DNA of 63,175 nucleotides, taken from an uncultured Methanosarcinales archaeon (lineage in GTDB: Archaea; Nanobdellota; Nanobdellia; Woesearchaeales; DSVV01). A model generated the notes under the pieces. It saw nothing but the letters and a program-made list of their open reading frames with translations. It made no database searches and had not been told where the DNA came from. The stretch spans positions 1 to 63,175 of the forward strand of contig CAYMIF010000004.1 in the NCBI GenBank assembly GCA_964390375.1. Direction: 5' to 3'. Each line of letters starts with the position of its first letter. Within the stretch, counting starts at the first letter, position 1. A program made the translations under genes and the position numbers. Shown here in pieces: positions 55,591 through 63,175 of the stretch.

Positions 55591-55806
55591 ATGAAAGGAT
55601 TACTCAGATGCTCACTTACATTGAACCGCAAGAAGAGCTATCTGTACTTTGTATTGATATTGGCTTTCCTGTTTCTGTCGATCTTTTCCTGCGGAACAAC
55701 CTGCAATGACTGCCTTTTCCTGAGCATGTGCCCGATATTCTTATTGCTGGCCATATTGACGGCTGGGATATTCATATTATCGACCATGGTTTCAAGAAAG
55801 AGATGA
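55591..55806 (+). CDS. Small two-TM membrane protein
   Basis: 71 aa; two hydrophobic helices with a Cys-rich loop. Confidence 0.45.
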   Translation: MKGLLRCSLTLNRKKSYLYFVLILAFLFLSIFSCGTTCNDCLFLSMCPIFLLLAILTAGIFILSTMVSRKR

Positions 55807-55810
55807 CAGA

Positions 55811-55921
55811 AAGCGCTGCGGCCTGCCTCAAGTTCGCTGTCATAAAGAGCACTGCCTTCTGCCCTCATTTTTGTTTATTTTTTTATAATAAAAATAAATT
55901 TATGGATTTATATAATTTATG
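55811..55921. repeat. ~110-bp diverged direct repeat, copy 1
   Basis: Aligns with 56586-56694 (shared TCGCTGT.ATAAAGAGC.CTG.CTTCTGCCCTC and TTTATGGATTTATATAATTTATG). Confidence 0.8.
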
Positions 55922-56058
55922 CACTCTATTTTCTTGTCAATGATTTCCAGAAAGAGATATCTGCCTCAAATGCCCAAGAGATATGATACTCAAAGACTAT
56001 AATTGATAATTATATAATTATTAAATATTCTACTAAAGATATAATGATATTCAAATAG

Positions 56059-56322
56059 TTACTTATACACAAAATCATGGTGCTTGAATTTTAGAAACAC
56101 AACTTTATTTTCAATAATTTCAAACAAAACAACATAAGAGCCAACATGAGCGCTTCTTTTACCTTTCAGATCATAATGCTTTAATGGATAATGTTCAGGA
56201 TTACCCAATATCTCATCCATCTTAAGTTTTAACCTTCGAACAAGCACGTTATCGCTCTTGATTGATTTAACATCATTTAGAAATGGTTTTGTTAAAATCT
56301 CACGATATTTCATGGTAATCAC
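56059..56322 (-). CDS. RelE/ParE-superfamily toxin
   Basis: F..DVK, ILGNP, L.YDLKGKRSAHVG.YV.LFEI, HHD..Y. Confidence 0.8.
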   Translation of the reverse strand: MITMKYREILTKPFLNDVKSIKSDNVLVRRLKLKMDEILGNPEHYPLKHYDLKGKRSAHVGSYVVLFEIIENKVVFLKFKHHDFVYK

Positions 56323-56519
56323 AAAGAATCAAAGATCTCATCTCTATCACTGCTATTCTTCACTTCAATATAATCTCCTTTTTTATAAGCTTCTTCACTC
56401 TTCTTGACTTCCTTTAAAAATTCATCAGAGAATTTCTCATTAAATTCAGAATCTACCAACTTCTCACAACTAAGCAAGAATTCATATCTTTCTTTAGGAA
56501 TGCATATAGTTTCGCTCAT
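56319..56519 (-). CDS. Putative antitoxin
   Basis: 66-aa acidic protein (ETICIPKERYEFL...) upstream of and overlapping the toxin gene. Confidence 0.7.
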   Translation of the reverse strand: MSETICIPKERYEFLLSCEKLVDSEFNEKFSDEFLKEVKKSEEAYKKGDYIEVKNSSDRDEIFDSL

Positions 56520-56585
56520 TTTAGCCTAAGTAATCCATTGAAATATTTAAAACTATTTATTGACCGGCATTATTTGACAGCAATA

Positions 56586-56694
56586 AAACGCCGCGGCCCG
56601 GTTTAAGGTCGCTGTTATAAAGAGCCCTGTCTTCTGCCCTCTGTTTTGGTTATTTTTATATTAAAAATAATTTTATGGATTTATATAATTTATG
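56586..56694. repeat. ~110-bp diverged direct repeat, copy 2
   Basis: Aligns with 55811-55921. Confidence 0.8.
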
Positions 56695-56760
56695 GTTTTT
56701 ATTAAGAATGTTTTTAAAGTCATATATATTCCGGAGTATATAAATTAAATCAATTTTAAA

Positions 56761-58155
56761 ATGACGTTTAAAGAAAAAATTGTTGGAATAAAGAAGTCAT
56801 ATTCAGAATTTAAAAGGCTTCTTAAAAAAAGAAGATGGTTCCAAGGGCTATGTCTAGCAGTATTCCTTTTTATTCTCGGACTATTATTTTCAACAGGATA
56901 TTTTTTTTATACGACCCATGATACGAATAACAAATTTAAAACCCTTATGGAAGAACATAAAGAAACTAAAATTGAATTAAATAATACTAAGCATGAACTT
57001 AGAGAATTACGAGAATCAATGGAAGATAAGCTTTATACTATTAATGAAAAGATTGATAATTATATAGTCTATAGCAATAATTTTAAGGATTCTGATTATG
57101 TAAAAAAAACTGAAGATAACACAGAATCAGAATATTGGAATGAAATAGGGTTGGTTTTCGCTTTATCCAGACAATACGAAGAAGGTCTAAACAATTTCAA
57201 TAAAGCCATACAGTTAGATTCAAAAAATTATTATGCATGGTACAACAAAGGAAAAGCTCTTAAGGACCTTGGAAGATATAATGAAGCATTAATAGCTTAT
57301 GAACAAGCAATAAAATTGAACGATTCAATTCCACATTTTTATAATAATAAAGGAACTGTTCTAAATAGCCTAGGAAGATATCAAGAAGCAATCACTGCGT
57401 TCAATAATGCAATTCGTTTAGATAAGAATCATTCTGATGCCTGGTATAACAAAGGTACCTCTTACGAGAAATTAGGAGACTTGAGTAACGCAATTTATTC
57501 TTATACAAAGGCAATTGAGATAAATAAAAAAGATAGTGATTATTGGTTAGCAAAAGGTTCATTACTTGGTAGAATGGGAAATCACTTGGAAGCGCTAAAT
57601 GTATTTATTAATGGGATTAAATCAAATCCAAATAACTCAGAATTATGGTTTAATAAAGCAACTGCGTTAGGAAACCTTGATAAAAATAATGAAGCAATAG
57701 TTGCATTCAATAAAACTATTTCACTCAATGAATTTGATTATCGTGCGTGGTATGGAATTGGTGTAGCTTTTAGTAATTTAAATGAATATGAAAAATCTAT
57801 TATATATTTTAATAAAAGTATTGAATTATATCCAGATAATTATATGGCATGGAATAATAAAGGAATATCTTATACTTATCTTGAACAATTTGATGATGCA
57901 TTATACTGTTTTAATAAATCTATTGGGATTAATGTTAATCATTCTAATGCATGGTTTACAATGGGTTATGTCCTCTTAAAACTAAAACGATTTGATGAAG
58001 CTATTTATGCCTATAACGAAGTAATTAGAATAAATCCGGATGATTGGGAAGCCTGGATACATAAAGCAACAGCCTATAAATTATTAGGGAATGAAATTAA
58101 GGTAGAAGAATGCTTAAAAGAAGCAGAAAAAATTTATATTCAAAGTAATAAATAA
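56761..58155 (+). CDS. Membrane-anchored TPR protein
   Basis: N-terminal TM, coiled coil, ~10 TPRs (AWxNKG...LG.Y.EA...F..AI); very AT-rich. Confidence 0.88.
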   Translation: MTFKEKIVGIKKSYSEFKRLLKKRRWFQGLCLAVFLFILGLLFSTGYFFYTTHDTNNKFKTLMEEHKETKIELNNTKHELRELRESMEDKLYTINEKIDNYIVYSNNFKDSDYVKKTEDNTESEYWNEIGLVFALSRQYEEGLNNFNKAIQLDSKNYYAWYNKGKALKDLGRYNEALIAYEQAIKLNDSIPHFYNNKGTVLNSLGRYQEAITAFNNAIRLDKNHSDAWYNKGTSYEKLGDLSNAIYSYTKAIEINKKDSDYWLAKGSLLGRMGNHLEALNVFINGIKSNPNNSELWFNKATALGNLDKNNEAIVAFNKTISLNEFDYRAWYGIGVAFSNLNEYEKSIIYFNKSIELYPDNYMAWNNKGISYTYLEQFDDALYCFNKSIGINVNHSNAWFTMGYVLLKLKRFDEAIYAYNEVIRINPDDWEAWIHKATAYKLLGNEIKVEECLKEAEKIYIQSNK

Positions 58156-58171
58156 AAATGAGCGAGTTATA

Positions 58172-58798
58172 ATGAGGAATCCAGAAATAACTGATTGGGA
58201 GATTATTAAAATTTTAATCTCCGAAGTAAAAATAAAAAGAAAAACCTATGAAAAGGACAAGAGATTACTATCAAAAGCAAAAGATAGTAATGATACTGAA
58301 GTCACTATCCTGCCTTGGAGAGGTTTCACTAGAAGTGTGTTATCAGAGATAATACCAAAATATTCTTATTCTATAAAAAAAGGTTCTGAAAAAATATATG
58401 GAGAAAGAGCATTATCAAAAAGGAATATATATGATAGACTATTACATTTAGAAAAATTAAGGATTGTTAAAAAAGTAAAAGGTACAAAACCATTTAAGTA
58501 TATAATCCCAAAAACATTCCATACTCTTCAGTTAATTTTTGTTACTGATAGAACAACATTTCCTGTAGGTTTAAATAAAGGCAATGAATATTATCAAGAA
58601 GCATTATATCAAGTTAGCAAGAGGCTTAGACTATCACAAGATGAATTAATAAAAGAGCTTGAAGAAATTAAAACAAATTATTGGATTACCTACCAAGATT
58701 ATCTTGAAAAAAAGACATCTCGAGATTATTTCCTAAGAGAATATCTAAAAATTAAAAATAATATTAAAGCTGACCGAGAGATTAGGAAGTTATTCTAA
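58172..58798 (+). CDS. Hypothetical basic protein, possible wHTH
   Basis: LSKRNIYDRLLHLEKLRIVKK...PFKY resembles a wHTH recognition helix and wing. Confidence 0.55.
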   Translation: MRNPEITDWEIIKILISEVKIKRKTYEKDKRLLSKAKDSNDTEVTILPWRGFTRSVLSEIIPKYSYSIKKGSEKIYGERALSKRNIYDRLLHLEKLRIVKKVKGTKPFKYIIPKTFHTLQLIFVTDRTTFPVGLNKGNEYYQEALYQVSKRLRLSQDELIKELEEIKTNYWITYQDYLEKKTSRDYFLREYLKIKNNIKADREIRKLF

Positions 58799-58939
58799 TA
58801 GTTACCTCATATCCTATTTTTAATTACTTATCTTATTCTATTTTTTCTATGATTAATAAACTAGAGCCGGAGCTTGAAAAGCGTTTCCCTGAATTACTCA
58901 AAGACCTTAGAAGCTTCTGGTTTGACGAGATGAGAGAAG

Positions 58940-59896
58940 ATGAGCGAGAAAGGCTACATAACAATCAATGAACTAATGAAGATGGACATTCCAGAACTTG
59001 AGTTTTGGGTAGATAATCTTGTTCCTAAAAATATGATAGTCTTGATAGCTGGTGCTCCAGAGTCTCTGAAATCGTTTACCTGCCAGCACATAGCCTTTTC
59101 ATGTTCACAAGGACTGAAAGTCTTTGGTAAGAAAAGAACTGAGAAAAGTAGAGTATTATATATAGATTCAGAGAACAATATCTCTATAAACAAGACACGT
59201 TACTCAAAGCTAGCCAAGGGAGCAGGATTGACTGAGCTAGAAGACAATATCACATTTATTCTCGATAAAGCTTACGATCTAAATAGTCTGACTACAAGTC
59301 AGAAATTGGAATTAATTAAGATAATCAAAACAGTAAAACCTGACATAATAGTCTTTGATAGTCTTGTAAGATTCATGATAGGTGATGAAAATTCAGTTCA
59401 ATCAGTAAGAGGTGTCTTCAAAACCACAAAGGAATTGATGAAACTTTATCCATTTACAGCAATATTTATTCACCATACAAGAAAAAGCGGTCAAGAAGGA
59501 GAGCCTCAAGACATCAGAGGTTCAGGTGATATCCTAGGAGCAGTTGATTACGCCTTTACTATGCGAAGGAAAAAAGGCAAATTTATTCTAAAGCATGCAA
59601 AATCACGAATAGGTCCTAGATTAAAAGATATCTATCTCGAACTCAAAGAAGAAGACAATGGGATTACACTCGTGGAAACCGAAAAACCCATGGAAATAAC
59701 GAGTGAAGAAGCGGCATTAATAGATATCTTAACTTGGATGAAGACAAATCAAGATAAGCAAGAATTCAAAGCCAAGGAAATCCTAGAGGAATTTGAATCG
59801 AAATATACTCGAAGTGGTGTATACAAGGCACTGAATAAAGGTGAAGAAGAAAATCTAATCAAAGATGTCAGGAGAGGCTACTGGAAGGTAACCTAG
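58940..59896 (+). CDS. RecA-fold RepA/AAA_25-like ATPase with C-terminal wHTH
   Basis: IAGAPESLKS (variant Walker A), YIDSEN, VFDSL, GDENS, IHHTRK, RGSG, KSR. Confidence 0.8.
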   Translation: MSEKGYITINELMKMDIPELEFWVDNLVPKNMIVLIAGAPESLKSFTCQHIAFSCSQGLKVFGKKRTEKSRVLYIDSENNISINKTRYSKLAKGAGLTELEDNITFILDKAYDLNSLTTSQKLELIKIIKTVKPDIIVFDSLVRFMIGDENSVQSVRGVFKTTKELMKLYPFTAIFIHHTRKSGQEGEPQDIRGSGDILGAVDYAFTMRRKKGKFILKHAKSRIGPRLKDIYLELKEEDNGITLVETEKPMEITSEEAALIDILTWMKTNQDKQEFKAKEILEEFESKYTRSGVYKALNKGEEENLIKDVRRGYWKVT

Positions 59897-60000
59897 TTTG
59901 TTTATTTTGTTTTAATCTTAAGATATAAACAAGATAAACAACTTTTTTACGAAAAAAATCCCAAAATTATATATAATCTTCAGTTATTACCTGTTCTAAA

Positions 60001-62790
60001 TTGGACTTAAACGAATTCAAAACCCGAAAGAAGCTCATCGATGTTTCACTGAAAAATCAAGGATGGGATGTTGATAACCGAGCCCAGGTAAGAGTCGAAA
60101 TTGACACTAAGCAGTCAAATTTCCAAGAGAATGATTATAAATCAGTTGACGAGACATTAACAAATGACCTTGATAGTATCTATGCAGATTATATACTTCT
60201 AGATGATGTTGGGGCTCCACTGGCAATCATTGAAGCTAAAAGGACTTCTAAGGATGCCTTAACAACAGCAAAAAATCAAGCCGAAGAATATGCTAAGGAC
60301 ATCATCAAGCAGACGAATAAGCCAATTTTCATCTTCTTATCAAATGGTCATGAGACCTGGTTCTGGAATTATCCATCTGAAAATCCCCGAATGGTTAAGG
60401 ATTTCTTCCCAAAAGAAGACCTAATGAAGAAAAAGTGGATAAATGAAAATAAAGAGCCTCTTAAAAACTATGATGTCACACATATAACAGACCGTCCAAA
60501 ATCGATTGAATGTACAAAAAGGGTGCTCGAACATATAAGTAATCGACACAGAAAGGCATTAATCGTAATGGCTACAGGAACAGGTAAAACCAGAGTAGCA
60601 ATGGCAATAATCGATGTCTTAAAAAAATACAAGTGGGTAAAAAAAGTATTATTTATTGCTGACCGCCGTACACTAAGAAACCAAGCTTACTCCAAAGGCT
60701 TTAAAAAATTCTTTCCTCATGAATCAAAAGAGAAAATCTATTCAGGAACAATTGATAAAGATAAAAACCTATACGCCACAACAATCCAGACACTCCAAGA
60801 ATGTTATTCAGAGATATCCCCTGCATATTTTGATTTAATAATATCAGATGAAGCTCATAGGAGCATATACAATAAATGGAAAGATATTTTCACATATTAT
60901 GATTGTATCCAAATAGGACTTACAGCTACACCAAGAGAAGCATTTAACTCGGATGATATGAGAGATACCTTTAGATTCTTTGAATGCGAAAATAATACAC
61001 CTACTGCTTTATACGATTATGAGGAAGCAGTAGATGACGATGTCCTTGTTGATTTCCGAAAACACATACTAGGTGCTCAAACAAAACATCAGATAGAAGG
61101 ATTAAAAAGAAAGCACCTAACTGAAAGCCAGGTAGAACAGTTGATTCAACAAGGACAGGATCCGAATGATATTGATTTTGAGGGTACAGACTTTGAAAAG
61201 AAATTTGTAACCATCGGAACAAACGAAGCATTCATCAGAGAATTTATGGAAAATTGCCTAACAGACCAGTCAGGAACAGTTCCCGCAAAAAGCATCATTT
61301 TTGCAATGACAAAGAAGCATGCCAAAAGGCTACTCGAAGCCTTTTACAGGTTATATCCTGATTATACAAATTTAGCCAATATCATAATATCAGAGGATTC
61401 GAGGGCTCAGAAAGCAATCGAAAACTTCGAGAAAGAAAGTCTTCCAAGAATAGCAATTTCAGTCGATATGCTAGACACAGGAGTAGATATCCCTGAAATC
61501 TGCAATTTAGTCTTTGCAAAACCAGTATTTAGTAAGATTAAATTCTGGCAAATGTTAGGAAGAGGTACACGCTCAAATGATATATGCGAGCATAAGGGAT
61601 GGTTACCTGATGGTGAGAAGAAATTCTTTAAGGTCTTCGATTACTTTAAAAATTTTGAATACTTTAATATGAAACCAGAGGGTGCACAATCTAATCCTTC
61701 TGAAGCTATCTCTATACGGATATTCAGGACACAAGTTGAACAACTTATTCTGTATCAAACAAGAAATGATGAAGCTAAAGTAACAGAGATTAAGAACAAG
61801 ATTCGGAAAAAAATAATAAGCTTACCTCAAGATTCGATTCCAGTTAAAGAGAGACTTGAAGATATAAATAAAGCCATAAGTGAAGATTTCTACGATAGAA
61901 TCGGAATAAATCCTATCTTATTTCTCAATACAAAAATATCACCACTAATGAAATATCTCAAAACAAATTATAATGAAGCTTCATTCATACTAAAATGCGA
62001 GAGACTTAAAGTTGCGATACTAAGAACTGAGCAAAAACAGATAGATAAATTTTCAGAATTAATCGCTGAAACTCTCGAATGTATTCCAGAAAATATAAAT
62101 GGTTTGAATATCGAATACCTTCGGCAAGTAAGGAGAGAATCCTTTTGGAAATCGATTAATGTTGATGAAGTGGAAAAAATCTTAACCGAATTTGTTGATT
62201 TTATCAAATATAAAACAAAAGAACCTCGAGTTCCTATTATTGTCGATATGGATGATTTAGTTGTCCAAAGAACAATCATTGAATTTGGACCAGAAGGTAA
62301 TCAAGAACATGTAAAATCATACAAAGAAAGAGTTGAGAAGAAAATCAAAGAGCTTGTTGAAGAGCATCCTACAATTAAAAAGATACTAAAAGATGAAAAG
62401 CTAACAGACGAAGACCTTGAAAAACTCGAAGATACACTAAATAGCCCAGACCTTTATTTGACTGAAGATGTTTTAAAGCAATTCTATAAAGGTACATTCG
62501 TCCAATTCATCAAAGAGATATTTGGTTTATATAAACAAGAAAAGGTCGAGGATAAGGTAAAAAATGCCTTTGAAACACATCTTGTATCATTAAATCGCCA
62601 ATATACAGCAGACCAATTCAATTTTTTAAGGACACTACAAGCTTTTTTCTCTAAAACTAAGCATATTGACTATGATATGCTATGGGGACCGCCCTTTGAA
62701 AACCTCGGTATTCCCCCCACAGACCTCTTTGAAGAAAATGAATTAAAACAATGGGTAAATTTCTGTAAAGAACTTGAGTCTGAAATTTAA
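60001..62790 (+). CDS. hsdR: Type I restriction endonuclease subunit R (EcoEI/EcoAI-like)
   Basis: ADY...IEAK nuclease, MATGTGKT, DEAHRS, GLTATP, SVDMLDTGVD, QMLGRGTR; TTG start. Confidence 0.88.
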   Translation: MDLNEFKTRKKLIDVSLKNQGWDVDNRAQVRVEIDTKQSNFQENDYKSVDETLTNDLDSIYADYILLDDVGAPLAIIEAKRTSKDALTTAKNQAEEYAKDIIKQTNKPIFIFLSNGHETWFWNYPSENPRMVKDFFPKEDLMKKKWINENKEPLKNYDVTHITDRPKSIECTKRVLEHISNRHRKALIVMATGTGKTRVAMAIIDVLKKYKWVKKVLFIADRRTLRNQAYSKGFKKFFPHESKEKIYSGTIDKDKNLYATTIQTLQECYSEISPAYFDLIISDEAHRSIYNKWKDIFTYYDCIQIGLTATPREAFNSDDMRDTFRFFECENNTPTALYDYEEAVDDDVLVDFRKHILGAQTKHQIEGLKRKHLTESQVEQLIQQGQDPNDIDFEGTDFEKKFVTIGTNEAFIREFMENCLTDQSGTVPAKSIIFAMTKKHAKRLLEAFYRLYPDYTNLANIIISEDSRAQKAIENFEKESLPRIAISVDMLDTGVDIPEICNLVFAKPVFSKIKFWQMLGRGTRSNDICEHKGWLPDGEKKFFKVFDYFKNFEYFNMKPEGAQSNPSEAISIRIFRTQVEQLILYQTRNDEAKVTEIKNKIRKKIISLPQDSIPVKERLEDINKAISEDFYDRIGINPILFLNTKISPLMKYLKTNYNEASFILKCERLKVAILRTEQKQIDKFSELIAETLECIPENINGLNIEYLRQVRRESFWKSINVDEVEKILTEFVDFIKYKTKEPRVPIIVDMDDLVVQRTIIEFGPEGNQEHVKSYKERVEKKIKELVEEHPTIKKILKDEKLTDEDLEKLEDTLNSPDLYLTEDVLKQFYKGTFVQFIKEIFGLYKQEKVEDKVKNAFETHLVSLNRQYTADQFNFLRTLQAFFSKTKHIDYDMLWGPPFENLGIPPTDLFEENELKQWVNFCKELESEI

Positions 62791-62857
62791 TTGTAGACAA
62801 TAAATGCCTAATTTGTCTACAAAAAACTTATAAATAACTAAACAAATTCTTCTTTTC

Positions 62858-63136
62858 ATGGCAACCCAAGAATGGAAAACCGTTTCAGTTCGCTTAAATG
62901 CTGAAGAGCAAAATGCCTTAAGGCTTTTATGCGAGAAGAGGAAGGTAACAAAACATAGGTTACTCAAAGAACTAATTATTCATGAGTTAGAGCCACTCCT
63001 CAAGCCAGGAGCACTTCCTGAAGGAGAAGGAATTCCATTGACCGGAGAGCATATCTTCAAATACAACAATGAAGAGGATAATTATACTTGGCAGATAGAT
63101 ATGGGACAATTTGGGGTTCAACCCGAGTTTGGTTAG
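62858..63136 (+). CDS. Ribbon-helix-helix-like small protein
   Basis: KTVSVRLNAEE..AL..LC......HRLLKELI. Confidence 0.55.
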   Translation: MATQEWKTVSVRLNAEEQNALRLLCEKRKVTKHRLLKELIIHELEPLLKPGALPEGEGIPLTGEHIFKYNNEEDNYTWQIDMGQFGVQPEFG

Positions 63137-63175
63137 TAATTCACTAGCCAAACTAGCAAGAATTCTTGCTAGAGT

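Noticed and set aside
1-63175. CRISPR array, tRNA or rRNA genes
   Set aside because: No regularly spaced repeat-spacer series, cloverleaf with T-loop signature or rRNA-like stretch was recognised by eye; a tRNAscan/Infernal run would be needed to exclude them formally

Overview
Archaeal chromosomal segment, judged from TTTATA(A) promoter boxes, GGTGA/GGAGG ribosome-binding sites, Lhr, RtcA, AbrB-PhoU regulators and a giant Cys-rich surface protein. It is most consistent with a DPANN/Woesearchaeota-like genome (inference). The main find is an 11-gene, translationally coupled operon (22343-33677). It begins with a ubiquitin-like conjugation cassette in BilABCD-like order: a Ubl with GG plus a 13-aa tail, a large E2-like protein, a JAMM/JAB peptidase fusion and an E1 with tandem inactive+active adenylation domains. 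It continues with an unknown protein, a Ser/Thr kinase, a CYTH-like protein, two NadM-like nucleotidyltransferases, a C-terminally truncated pyruvate kinase and another unknown protein. A ~250-nt highly structured leader RNA precedes the operon. Directly upstream lies an NAD+ salvage operon (pncB-pncA-nadE-double Nudix). Four GT-N7-AC operators match an NrtR-type regulator encoded at 12667: three in this operon and one before nrtR itself. Other notable items: a MITE with a 9-bp TSD at the window start, an IS200/IS605 end remnant, three paralogous coiled-coil proteins with a shared C-terminal domain, a TorF-like beta-barrel protein, a DUF134/Mrp/MinD-ferredoxin cluster, and an AT-rich island from ~55.9 kb (repeat-flanked RelE-type toxin-antitoxin pair, TPR protein, RepA-like ATPase, HsdR). 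No tRNA, rRNA or CRISPR array was recognised. All family calls are by eye from motifs; no searches were run.
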